Under the pieces are notes generated by a model, which saw only the letters and a program-made list of their open reading frames with translations, searched no databases and had not been told where the DNA came from. Positions 51,456 through 63,570 of a stretch of DNA of 64,000 nucleotides are shown piece after piece. Every line of letters starts with the position of its first letter. Position 1 is the stretch's first letter. Source of the stretch: Octopus sinensis (Eukaryota); NCBI RefSeq assembly GCF_006345805.1, contig NC_042999.1, forward strand, positions 144,708,001-144,772,000. Reading direction: 5' to 3'. The position numbers and the translations under genes are program-made.

Positions 51456-52580
51456 CTGGGCTTTGCAAAAGTCCTGTTACACGTGTTACAATACTTTCAA
51501 CATTGTTTTAACATATAAATATGTGTTTAAATATGAAATATTAAGCAATTTGGCCACCCTTGGCAGTGAGCATGTGCTCCAGGCGAGACCTGAAGGCTGT
51601 GCACACATTGTGAATGAAGCCCTTCTTCATGCTGGCCCACATGCGGTTGATGGAGGACTTCATCTTGTCAGTGTTGTGGCAGACCTTGCAGGCTGTGCCC
51701 TCAACATGCACCCACATGCTGTAGTCAAGGGGGTTGAAGTCAGGTGACTGCAGCAGCCAAAAGTCCTTCCACTAGAAGTTCATGTGGGCTGGGGCACCAT
51801 CCTGCTGAAAGATGTAGCCTGCCTTCTTTGTGATCGTTCTTACCCAGAGCAGGACTTTTGTGACCAAGATGTCCCTGTATTTGGCTGCAGTGAGCCTGTA
51901 ACTGACCACGAGCCACACTGGTGGCATCATCACAAAGGCTGGGTGCTTGGTCATGGACATGTAGTGGATCTCAAAGATATCCTGGCTGAAGCTGACCATG
52001 CAGTTGTTGCTGCTTGTTGATGACTAGATCAATCATGAAGGTTTTTTCATCAGAAAAAATGAGAATTCAATTGCCATGTCACTTCAAGTCATTGAGAAGG
52101 CGATGACAGTGCTCCTAACCTTGTTCTCACATATGGTCGGTGAGCAGAGGCTTTTCCATGCACCTAAAGCTCTTACCACCCTCTTCCTTGATGGCCCTGG
52201 ACACGGTGGCCACCAAGATGTTTTTTGTGAGTGCAGTCATTTTGAATGTCAGTTCACTTTCAAATACCTTTCTCACAGCCAACTTGAGGTCTGCCTGACT
52301 GAGGTCATTCTTTAAGGTCTTTCCCATTCTTGACCCTCTCCATGACTCTGTAAACAGTCATCTGGCTGATGTTGTGATGTTTGGTGATGTCAGACTTGTG
52401 GCCCACGCACAAGAGAGCAGAGATCTCGATTCTTTTCACTTCTATCTCAATACACAATGGAAAAGATATTTTAATGACATGTGTTGCAAAATGTAGAACT
52501 TTATGTATGTTTGACAGCACTATCACACACGTTAACCTCAAAAGATCAAAACAGTGTAACATGACTTCAGCAAAGCCCGG
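51456..52580 (-). mobile_element. Tc1/mariner (maT/DD37D-like) element with both TIRs, degenerate transposase
   Basis: 27-bp TIRs (CTGGGCTTTGCAAAAGTCCTGTTACAC and CCGGGCTTTGCTGAAGTCATGTTACAC) flanked by TA. The coding relic has FQQDGAPAH and SPDFNPLDY. Confidence 0.85.
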
Positions 52581-52599
52581 TATATATATCATGTAGAAA

Positions 52600-53196
52600 T
52601 ATTTTAATACTAAATTTATTCAGGCATTCCAGAATTGATACAGATGATCGTTAACCTCCACAATTGCAAGAGGTGCTCAAAGTGGTCGCCATTAGCTTCC
52701 AGACACTTATTAGTACAGCAAACTGCTCCTTTGGAAAACATTAGCCAAAGTGTTCAAAGGATTGCTGCTCATGCCATTCAATTTCTTCCCAAAGGGCCAT
52801 CAGTATAGTCAGTCTTTTGCAATACATGACGTCCTTTATGGTGCCCTATAAGTAAAAGTCTTCAAGTGTTTAATTGAGAGAATGTGCAGAGAACTCAACT
52901 GCATTTCTCCATCCTTTCCAGTGCCCTTGAAAATTCTCATCCAGGTGAGCTTGCACACCTTGGCTGTAGTGTGGTAGGGAAAATGGTCCTTTTAAACCTC
53001 TTGATGACACTTCACACCAAACATTAAACCCCTGGTAAATTGACTATTTTGTCCAGATACCAAAAAAAAAAAAGGTAAAACAGGATAAAAGTGACTTCTA
53101 TTAATCCCATGATGTCTGAATAAATTTACCATTAAAACGTTTCTACTCGTTTTCCTTTCACTGAAGTGTGTTTACATTTTTTTAGTGGACTCTGTA
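52600..53196 (-). mobile_element. Second Tc1/mariner relic, deleted
   Basis: The - strand reads ..CLEANGDHFEHLL, and there is a TA-CAGAGTCCACTAAAA-type end at about 53180-53196. Confidence 0.55.
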
Positions 53197-53275
53197 TATG
53201 ATGTATACAAAATGTGTGTGTGCCTGTGTGCATACATATTTTAATATATTTATATACTTTCATTTTATTTTCCAG

Positions 53276-53322
53276 TAATTCTTTTGTTGATTTATACCAT
53301 GAAATCTCCAAGAATAAAAAAG
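53276..53322 (+). CDS. senju: senju-like transporter, coding exon 3 (47 nt)
   Basis: Acceptor ttttccag|, donor AAG|gtaagg, phase 2 to 1. Reads NNSFVDLYHEISKNKKV and exactly bridges the phases of exons 2 and 4. Confidence 0.88.
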
Positions 53323-55273
53323 GTAAGGCTGAAACAAACTTAGTTTTATTCTGTGGTAACCCTGAACTTCTTCAGGGCTAAGTATTGTACAGCTGACCAT
53401 AATCCTGCAACTGTTGTGATGTGTCTGTCTTTGCTGGCCTCTCTGTTTGCCAGGTGTAATAACATTGAGCTATGAAAATGATTGTTCAAAAAAGAAGAGA
53501 AGAAAAATATATGCATAACAACATTCTTCCTCATCTTAAACAGAATTACTAAGTAATTAAATGGTTGTGTTTTCATTTGTTATAACCAATGATTAGACTA
53601 ATCATGTTATTTTATACAGATAATTGCATAGTTGTAGCTGCAGCCTTTTTCACTTAATGATTTTAATTGCAATAGAATAATCGGACAGTGCAATAATGTA
53701 GTGAGCATATTTTTCAGTATATAAGACACACATAATAATAAACTCGCAATCAGTTTTATAATCCAAACTAGAATCTATTCAAATGACTGTGCTTTTTCCT
53801 TATACATTTATGGCCTTGTTTTGATGTGAGAAATCATTATTATTATAGGGAAACACTTACAATTCTGATGTACCATGACTTGCATATCTCTCACAAACCA
53901 TTCATCTGTTCAATATTTCTTAACAACCACTAGTTTTCTCTCTCTTGCCCTTGTAGAAGTTGACAGATACGGTGATGCTGATTAATTGGATGTGACACCT
54001 TCTTGTTCTACATGATTGACTATCCATGTCATTATACATGCTCTTCCCAACCAAGATTTTTATCATCTAAATATGGCTGCTGTCAACTTATTTCTTCTGC
54101 TGGATTTACTGGCATAATCCCTGACTCCCATGCATTCTTTTCATTCAACAAGCCTTCATGATGACACTTCTGTGCCTCTTTCTTTTCATCATTTGCAAGA
54201 GCAAGTACAATACTATCACTCCTTATATTCTTTCCCCAATAACCTCTTGATTTTTCCCTCGCAGTCTGTTTTGCAATCCAGAATTTGTCATATCTCTGAT
54301 CTTCCTGTTGCAGGATATGTTTGAAATTACAGACTGTATTCAGAAATTAGTGGTTATACTTTACAATTTCTATAACCACAAACTTCCATAACTTGGGGCA
54401 GTCACAATGCAGGGGATGCCAGTATTTTATTTCTTTTATTTACTTTTAATGATAAATTCATACAGAAATTGATAAGTTAGATATTCGTCTTTCATATATT
54501 TATGTATATATCATCATCATCATTTAATATCTGTTTTCCATTCTGGTGTGGGGTCAATGGTTTGACAGAATTTAGTGAGCCCTGAGCACCACATCAAGCT
54601 TCAATGTCAGCATTGACATGGTCTCTATGGCTGAATGCCCTTCCTGATGCCATCCACTTTACTGTGTGTCACTGGCACTAGTGATGTTGCAAGCCGAGTA
54701 CAGGAAAAGGGAAGAAAAAAAAGTTAAGTAAATAGCTCTTTGCTCAAGTGGCGGTGTATTTGAAAGAGAGGTGTTGAGGGGCTAAATTATGGTAGAGGGA
54801 CAGGCACTGGAATCTTGCCAAAGAGGAGACATTTGGCTAAATATTCCTCCCTCTGCATTATATAGGGGTAGCTGGTAGTCGTTAGAAAGAAGGTAGTGAT
54901 GGTGGTGATGAGATGTCAGAGCATCTCAAAACAGGTGAGTATAAGAGAGGACACACAGTGGATCAGGTGGGAGAGATAAGCTGAGAGTGATACAAGTGGC
55001 TTAGGGAGTAGAATAAATCAGAAAGTAGGGGAATGATGTACAAGGCATTGGATTTATGAGGAGGGAAATGTAGAATTACATGTAATATAGTGGGTGGGGC
55101 ATGATGGCAGTATGAGAGTTTGTTGAGAATGATGGCAGATTTGGGAGGTGTTAGGGTAGAGTGTGGCAGAGGGAAGAATGTGGTGGCTTAAGGCACAGAA
55201 AGGTGATTGATAGAAATGGTGTGGGAAGGAATGATAATGGGAATCAGAGAAGGAAGTGCTTCCAAGGAGTAAC

Positions 55274-55308
<35 letters not shown>

Positions 55309-55433
55309 ATATATAATATATATATATTATAGGGCCTGATGAAGCCTTCTGGCTTCACAGACCCCAGTAGAACCGTCCAACCCATGCTAGCATGGAAAAC
55401 GGACGCTAAACGACGATGATGATGATGATGATT

Positions 55434-55464
<31 letters not shown>

Positions 55465-55495
55465 TAATTTATTATATAGAAGGAGCTTCTACAGG

Positions 55496-55537
55496 ACTAG
55501 AACTGTTTCATTCAAGAGAAATCATCAGGAAGCTAGT
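55496..55537 (-). ncRNA. Hammerhead-like motif (imperfect)
   Basis: The - strand reads ACTAG-cttc-CTGATGA-tTTC(tctt)GAAt-GAAA-CAG-TT-CTAGT. The core is present, but the stem II closing pair is T.T. Confidence 0.5.
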
Positions 55538-55739
55538 TAACAAGAATTGTTTTGGCATTTATACATTTAGGCAGGTTTAAAGGGGTGGTGGGGGGGGACT
55601 TTTTGGGGGTAGGCATAGCGCAAAAATATCATACTTAGGGGAGTGGTCAAGGAGTCAGTGGTAAAGTAGATAAAAGAATAAATAAAAGAATAAAAAAAAT
55701 AAATAGAAGGATAGAGTTTTAGGTAACTAAGGAGGCTCT

Positions 55740-55800
55740 CACTTATACATATACACATATGTATATATATACTCACACACACACATATACATACACACAT

Positions 55801-55833
<33 letters not shown>

Positions 55834-56611
55834 CATGTATATATACACACATGCCCACACATACATATACATACAAATATATACATACACACACATACAC
55901 ATACACACATACACACACATATATACATACACACATGCACACACATGTCCATATATACACATATATATATATATATATACACATATGTGTACCTATACAT
56001 ACCTACACATACACACATATACATACACATACAAACCCATTCCCTTATTTTAATTTTATTATTATTTTCATTTATTACTTTTGTTATCTTTGACCGGGGT
56101 CACAAGCATCTTGGCTATCGTACCCCTGGGGATGACAGCAAGTCCATTTATCTTTCTACTCGAACACACGCACTCACTCACGCACGCACACTCATTCGCA
56201 CGCACACACACTCATTCGTACACTCATACACATACACGCACGCACGCGTTATATTCATACATACATACATCTACATACATTCACATATATACACATACGT
56301 ACACGTACCTACTGATTCATGTCTACACGCTTACACATACATACCTCAATACACCCACAGAAGACTAGTCCATATATATACACCAATAAATATATATACA
56401 CATATACATATACACCTACATACACATACACACACATACACATATATATACGTATATATACATACATATACATACACCTATACATACATACATATATACA
56501 CATACACACACCCACACATATACATACATATACACACATACATACATATACATATATATATATTACATATATATATATATATATATATAGATATATATAT
56601 ATATATATTAC

Positions 56612-56698
<87 letters not shown>

Positions 56699-57085
56699 CA
56701 CACACATACACATATACATGCGTATACATACACACACATACACATATACATGCGTACACATACACACACACACACACGCACGCATCCATATATACACATA
56801 AGTACACACATGCGTAAAAGTATACATATATTTATACATATGCTTACACATACACACACACACACACACGCGCGCCTCCTTATGTTCATATACTTACATG
56901 CATACTCAAAAAATAAATAATAAAATATATATACGTGCAGTTATTCATATACATACATGCATACTCAAAAAATAAATAATAATATTTATATATATAATAT
57001 ATATTATATATATATAAATAATAAATAATAATATTTATATATTATATATTTATATATATATATATATATATAAATATATGTATGT
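55740..57085. repeat. About 1.3-kb compound TA/CA/TACA microsatellite
   Basis: Direct reading, with a short complex island at about 56035-56170. Confidence 0.95.
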
Positions 57086-57305
57086 ATGTATATGTGTGTG
57101 TGACCACGTGTGTACCGTTGGCGATTTTTTTCTCCGTCTTCCCTTCTCTGGATCTTTCCTTTTCCTATGTTTCTGACGAAGAGCTCCACTCGAAACGTAA
57201 AACCCTCTTTCTTCCCTTCCTTCCTGAGCATCCAATAATACTATATTTGTTCCACGTCCTCACGTTGTTGTGTTTTCTCTTGGTGTTTTCATAGTTTGGA
57301 TTAAC
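57085..57305 (+). mobile_element. Short hammerhead-bearing element between (TA)n tracts (solo PLE pseudo-LTR or retrozyme-like)
   Basis: An island of about 220 bp of complex sequence within TA microsatellite, carrying the intact hammerhead. The family assignment is inference. Confidence 0.45.
57169..57203 (+). ncRNA. Minimal type I hammerhead ribozyme motif
   Basis: GTTT-CTGACGA-A-GAG(CTCCA)CTC-GAAA-CG-TA-AAAC: intact CUGANGA and GAAA core, 4-bp stem I, 3-bp stem II, palindromic ACGU stem III and a GUA triplet. Confidence 0.75.
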
Positions 57306-57319
57306 TATATATATATATA

Positions 57320-57372
<53 letters not shown>

Positions 57373-57424
57373 TATATATATATATATATGGTGTATATAT
57401 ATATATATATATATGTGTATATAT

Positions 57425-57470
<46 letters not shown>

Positions 57471-57559
57471 ATGTGTGTGTGCATCTATCTATTTACATAT
57501 GTGTGTGTGTTTGTATGTATATATATGTATATATATTCTTCAATTTTTATTTCTTTCAG

Positions 57560-57699
57560 TTTTCCTCTTCTATTTTGTGCCCGCAGCACTGTACAGTCTC
57601 TATAACAATCTTCAGTTTGTCAACCTGGTCAACTTTGATCCTACTACATATTATCTTTTGTTGCAATTTCGAGTTGTTGTAACTGGAATATTATTTCAG
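57560..57699 (+). CDS. senju: senju-like transporter, coding exon 4
   Basis: Acceptor ttctttcag|, donor CAG|gtaaat, 140 nt, phase 1 to 0. Reads [46 protein letters not shown], the hallmark 'PAxLYxxxNNL' motif. Confidence 0.95.
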
Positions 57700-59162
57700 G
57701 TAAATTTAATATATTTATTATCTGTAAAGTGTACTCCTTTCAGGTGGTTTTGGGTTCAGTCTCTCTCCCTGTGTGTGTGTCTCCCTCTTTTACAGGCTTA
57801 CATGGAAAAATGGTTATTAAAATATGATAAGTACTTTTCTACCATCCTCAACCTATTACTCTGTATCTACTATCATACCCTCGTCCCTCCACCCATCTTG
57901 TCTCATCTTCTGTCAACAATCTTTCTACTTCTCACCTTTTTAGTCTGTTATACCTTGAGCAAACAAGCCAACCAGAGAATACTGAGGACTCTAGTACTGA
58001 GTACTTGTACATTCTAAGACTCCAAGATAAAAGACAATCTTCATTATAATCATCATCATCATTCTACATCCACTTTCCATGTTGGCATGGGTTTTATTAG
58101 AAGATATATAGATAGAAATAAGGAAGATCTGAAATTAATGTAATTAAATGTAAAATATATTGACTATCAAAATGTTGTTAAAGGAATATTGGTATTTATT
58201 TGATCAAACATGGTTATCTATTTATAAGTTGAAAGGGTTTATAGTATTTTGTAAGTTTTATAAGATTTGATACCTATTAGAGGGGATTATTTCAAAATAT
58301 CTATTAAGCAGCTTTAGTTTAGTGACTGAAAATTTATATAATTTAAACACATGCACATATTTATATATACATGTATATACATATGCATACACATACATTC
58401 ATCATCATCGCTTTAACAACCACTTTTCCACGGTCTGGATGCCCTTCCTATTGCCACCTCTCTCCTGTTTCCAAACAAGTTAATATTTCCTCATGGCCAG
58501 ACAAGTTTTTGCACAATATTGAAACAATGACATTGCTTGTATGACTGACTCTCATAACTATATGCGATGTCAAGACAAGGAGACATAAACATATACACTC
58601 TAACATACACATATATACAGATATATACAGCCCATTTAAGAGTACCCTTCAATCATTGGGCAATAAACTGCGCTTGTGAAGACCTGTTGAGGCAAGTGAA
58701 GTCATTGTCATGGCCGATGACAGTACCGCCTGATTGGCACCCATGCCGGTGGCACGTAAAAAGCATCATTAAAGTGTGGCCGATGCCAGTACTGCCTGAC
58801 TGGCCCTCATGCTGGTGATATGTAAAAAGCACCCACTACACTCTTGGAGTGGTTGGCATTAGGAAGGGCATTGAGCTGTAGAAACATTGCCAGATTGGAT
58901 TGGAGCCTAGTGCAGCCTCTTGGCTTGCCAGCCCTCAGTCAAACTGTTCAGCCCATACATACATGATGGGCTTTTCTATTTCCATCTACCGAATCTACTG
59001 ACAAGGTTTTAGTCAGCTCAAGAGTATAATAGAAGCTATTTCTCCTAGGTGTAGGACTGAACCCAAAATCATTTGGTTGGGAATTAAACCTCTTAACCTA
59101 TCAACTACATCAGTTTGTAGATTTAGGATTTTACATTATCTCTTATTTCTCTTTCTTTTCAG

Positions 59163-59870
59163 ATTCTCTTCAACAAACGTCTTAGGTGTATTCAATGGGT
59201 ATCTGTCATTCTACTCACTATTGGATGTCTTATCAAAGAACTTGGTCATGTGAAAGTTATGACTGTAGCATCACCACCAGCTACTGCTGTTTTGACTGCT
59301 GCAAGTACAAATGTCAGGAAAAATGTAAACATTACTTCACAATTTGGCTTTTCTATATTCCTCATCATGATCCAAGTGTTCTCTTCCTGTTTTGCTGGTG
59401 TCTACAATGAGTATCTGCTGAAAGACAAAGCCTGCAATGTGCATATCATGGTGCAAAATATTTTCATGTATATTCAGTCAATAATATGCAATGGTGCTCT
59501 GCTCATATTTCGAGGGGAGCTAGTCAATTCTTTAACACTGAACAGTCTGATGTCTGTTTTCCAGGTGAAAGTGATGTTGATTATGTTAAACAATGCCTCA
59601 ATTGGCATTGTGGTCAGCTTGTTCTTACATTCTCTGAACTCTATTCTAAAAACTTTTGCTAGTGCTTTAGAACTTGTTTTCACAGCCATTCTCTGTTGGA
59701 TCATTTTCAACATTCCCATTGACGTTTATACGATTGGCTCTATCTTCATTGTTACTGCTGCTACATTTATGTATGCACTAAATCCAGTTGTTAACCGTCC
59801 AAAGAACACTACAGAAAAAGAACTCCAGCTCAGTGTTGATGAAAAATCTCGAGACAGCCAACCAGTTTAA
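59163..59870 (+). CDS. senju: senju-like transporter, coding exon 5 (terminal)
   Basis: Acceptor ctttcttttcag|, then 235 codons plus TAA. Contains ILFNKRL..QWVSVILLTIGC, SCFAGVYNEYLLKDK, VQNIFMY and LNSILKTFASALEL. Total CDS is 1101 nt (366 aa). Confidence 0.96.
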   Translation: MLFNKRLRCIQWVSVILLTIGCLIKELGHVKVMTVASPPATAVLTAASTNVRKNVNITSQFGFSIFLIMIQVFSSCFAGVYNEYLLKDKACNVHIMVQNIFMYIQSIICNGALLIFRGELVNSLTLNSLMSVFQVKVMLIMLNNASIGIVVSLFLHSLNSILKTFASALELVFTAILCWIIFNIPIDVYTIGSIFIVTAATFMYALNPVVNRPKNTTEKELQLSVDEKSRDSQPV

Positions 59871-60080
59871 TTTGTGTGATTTGAAGGTGATAGATTGCAG
59901 AATTGGTAGAGTGTCAGATGAATGCTTGCAGTATTTAGTCATGTTTTGAGTTCAAATCCTGCTGAGGTCAACTTTGCCTTTTATTCTTCAGGGAGTCGAT
60001 AAAATATGTACCAGTCAAGTTTGGTGTGGTTTTTTTGTCTGTTTGTGTCTGTTTTAGATATCTATATTTATATAGTTGGG

Positions 60081-60086
60081 AATAAA
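60081..60086 (+). terminator. Candidate polyadenylation signal of the transporter
   Basis: AATAAA about 210 nt after the stop codon, followed by GT/T-rich sequence. Confidence 0.45.
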
Positions 60087-61334
60087 AAGGAAAAATTTCA
60101 AATAAGTGGTAAAAACAAATTCAACAAAGAGTCATGCGTGTGTTTGTGTTTATATGTATTTGGTTAAGGAGGTTTGGTTAAGATGTTCACTTCTCAACCA
60201 CATGGTTCTTGATTTGATTATCATTGAGCAGCACTTTCTTTAAGTGCCTTTTTTTGCATAGCATCAGTTTGCTAAATGTTCTGTGAATAGTTTTTTAAAT
60301 GGCAACAGTCTGGAAGCCTGTTGTGTGTGTGTGTGTGTGGTGTGTGTGCGCGCACACATGCGCATGACAAATGTAATTGTGTAATTGAGAAGTTTGTTTT
60401 CCAAGTACATGGTTTTGTATTCAGACCTACATCATGGCACCTTGGACTGGTGTCTTTTACCGTAGCCCTGAACTGACCAGACATGTATATCTACTTGCCT
60501 TGACATCACATGACAGTTGTAAATGACCATCACCATCATCCCGCAATGTCCTTCATTTTCAGTCTTCATTGAAAATGTGTCTTGCCATGGAGAAATATTA
60601 CCTCACAAGGGTTGCTGAAAAGAAGGATGTGGCTTAAAAAAATCTGCCTCAACAAACTCCATCTCATCTATACAAGCATGGAAAAGTGGTAATTAAACAA
60701 TGATGATGGTCATGGTGCATACATTATTGGGAAGGTTGGAAAACTCAGTGTTTCACTGTTTCATCTCAGACAGAGATGAAGATCAACACAGGATAAAACT
60801 CTGAAGATTTCTATAGTTAGGATAAAATTGTTATATTAAAAATGTTTTGGGCTGTTTCTCTAATCAAGACAGTTGTGCAAGCTACAATATACATGTGTGT
60901 GTTCATTTCTTTCAAATTCATTTTTTTATGTTAGTCTTGGTTAGACAGGGAAGTATTTAAGGCAGATGCTCTTTCTCTCACCAGCCCTTACCTGTTTTTA
61001 AAGGAAGGGCTTTTTTTCTACAGGAATTTGAAAGTGCAAAGCTAGGAGATAATTTTTAACAGGAAATGTCACCCATTGCAGCCCAACTATAAATGGTGAT
61101 ATCACTGTTTGTAGAGTGACTTTTCAGCACAGATTGTCAGCATTCACACTAATGTACACACACACACACACACACACAGAGGAAGGTCTTTCAGTTATAG
61201 AAACCATGCCAAAGTAGAAAGTTGAGCATGATGCAGTCCATGGACACGTTAGGTTCTGTCAAACCATCCAACACAAGCCAACATTGAACAAAGACATTAA
61301 ATAATAATGATGATAATGATAGGGTGCTCCTACT

Positions 61335-61700
61335 GCTGCTGGCAACAAAGGTTTTGTCTGTCAGAATGAAGGGTAGATTATATGGTGCTACCTAGTAACA
61401 AGACATGGGTCTTGAATGCAGCATGCTCCATTAGATGTGCAATGTTTGTGTGCATGAACGTCATAGTATAAATGTGTTGAGAGAAAAACTGAGGAATCAT
61501 GTTGTGTGCAAGAAAGAAGGGTGCAAAAGTAAGGACATGTGATTTGTATGGATGAGGGCAGCAAGTGCCATTCACTTAATGTAGCTAGAACTTGCTGAAG
61601 TTGTAAATGTTGATCTCAGGACCTTGACCCTCGACAGAGGAGATGACACAGGACTTGGATGACTGGCAATATGCGGTTCTCAAGAAGGCTCACTCAGCAA
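61335..61700 (+). mobile_element. RTE LINE 3' fragment
   Basis: Nucleotide similarity to the other RTE tails (gaatgaagggtagatta..., gacttggatgactggcaatatgcggttc). Confidence 0.6.
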
Positions 61701-61908
61701 CATTGAGCTTCTGGAAGCACTGGAAGCACAACTGGACCATTCATCCTGTTTTCTCTTCAAGACAGCCCTACCACCCATTTCTCTAACTAGCTTTTCCTTG
61801 ATACCACTCATCTTTCTCACTATTCAGAACCATTTCATTTGATATCCATCCTTCATCCTTAATAATGTCCCCTCTACTCACATTTTACACTGAACCACCA
61901 CCAATCAC

Positions 61909-61962
<54 letters not shown>

Positions 61963-62162
61963 TCATCTTCATCATCATTTAGCGTCCGTTTTCCATGCTA
62001 GCTTGGGTTGGACGTTCAACTGGGGTCTGTGAACCCAGAAGGCTGCATCAGGCCCAGTCTGATCTGGTAGTGTTTCTACGGCTGGATGCCCTTCCTAACG
62101 CCAACCACTCCGCGAGTGTAGTGGGTGCTTTTTACGTGCCACCTGCACAGGTGCCAGACGGA

Positions 62163-62590
62163 GCTGGCAAACGGCCACGAACGGATGGTGCTTTTACGTG
62201 CCACCGGCACGGAGGCCAGTTGGTGCGGTGCTGGCAACGGCCATGAACGGATGGTGCTTTTTACGTGCCACCAACATGGGGGCCAGGCGAGGCTGGCAAC
62301 GGCCACGAACGGATGGTGCTTTTTACGTGTCACCGGCACAGAAGCCAGTCGGGGCGGAGCTGGCAACGGCCACGAACGGATGGTGCTTTTTACGTGCCAC
62401 CAACATGGGGGCCAGGCGAGGCTGGCAACGGCCACAAACGGATGGTGCTTTTTACGTGCTACCGGCACAGGGGCCAGGCGTGGCTGGCAACGGCGACGAA
62501 CGGATGGTGCTTTTTACGTGTCACCGGCACGGAGGCCAGTCGGGGCGGCGCTGGCAACGGCCACGAACGGATGGTTCACTTACTTGTCAC
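62163..62590. repeat. Tandem array of seven 43-bp units with 19/24-nt variable linkers inside a family-B SINE
   Basis: The constant unit gctggcaacggccacgaacggatggtgctttttacgtgccacc starts at 62163, 62230, 62292, 62359, 62421, 62483 and 62550. Confidence 0.9.
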
Positions 62591-62699
62591 CGGCACTGGT
62601 ATCATAGCCGCAATTTCCATTGATGTTGATCGACTTCGATTTTGGTTCTGCTTTCTGATATCTGATTTGATTTGGTTTGATTTGATTTTATTTTGATTT

Positions 62700-62747
<48 letters not shown>

Positions 62748-62944
62748 ATATATGTGTGTGTGTGTGTGTGTGTATATATATGTGTGTGTATATATATGTG
62801 TGTGTGTGTGTATATATATGTGGTGTGTGTGTGTATATATATGTATATATGTGTGTGTGTGTGTGTGTATATATATGTGTGTGTGTGTGTATATATGTGT
62901 GTGTGTGTGTGTGTGTATATATATGTGTGTGTGGTGTGTGTGTG

Positions 62945-63005
<61 letters not shown>

Positions 63006-63045
63006 GTATATACATATGTATGTGTATATATATATAACACACACA
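62700..63045. repeat. Compound (TA)n/(TG)n microsatellite
   Basis: Direct reading. Confidence 0.95.
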
Positions 63046-63536
63046 TGGTTGCATGTCCATGTGGAAATGTGTATATATGTGAACCTTATCATTCCAAACC
63101 AAGCAAAACTGTTATCTAAAGAGAATATTAAACAATATAAAGATTTTAGTATAGAAAAGTAAGTCTCAATTTCTGTGTATATATGTAGATGTATGTACAA
63201 GTGAGATGAGGACCTCCAACCTCTCTAGGAGGGCAGTAACTCTAAGTAAGTGACTTGGATTGTGATGACCTTTTCAACCCATAGCAACCTGAATGATGAC
63301 ATACAATGATAGTGATGTGTCTATATGTTTGTGTATGTATATATATATATTTGTATATTAATACATGCATACCGGTGAACGTATCAACATGTGAGTATAT
63401 ATGTAAATGAGTTGTTATAGGATTTTAGTTGGTATATCCAAATACTTTTGCCTGCTACTTATTTTTATCAATCTTTATTTATCAAATGGCTAAGTCTACC
63501 TCAGCATAAAGGATATAACTCTATAGAAAAGATGCT

Positions 63537-63570
<34 letters not shown>

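Noticed and set aside
55567-56889. Long ORFs up to 352 aa rich in Y/I/H/T/C/V (also 48728-49404 and 62576-63200)
   Set aside because: They are translations of TA/CA/TG microsatellites, which lack stops in most frames.
57325-58017. 230-aa ORF as a single coding exon
   Set aside because: Only 57560-57699 is transporter-like and bounded by AG/GT. The flanks are microsatellite and intron read-through.
62163-62590. True CRISPR array
   Set aside because: The linkers are related to each other and recur, the unit is part of a dispersed SINE, the context is eukaryotic and there are no cas genes.
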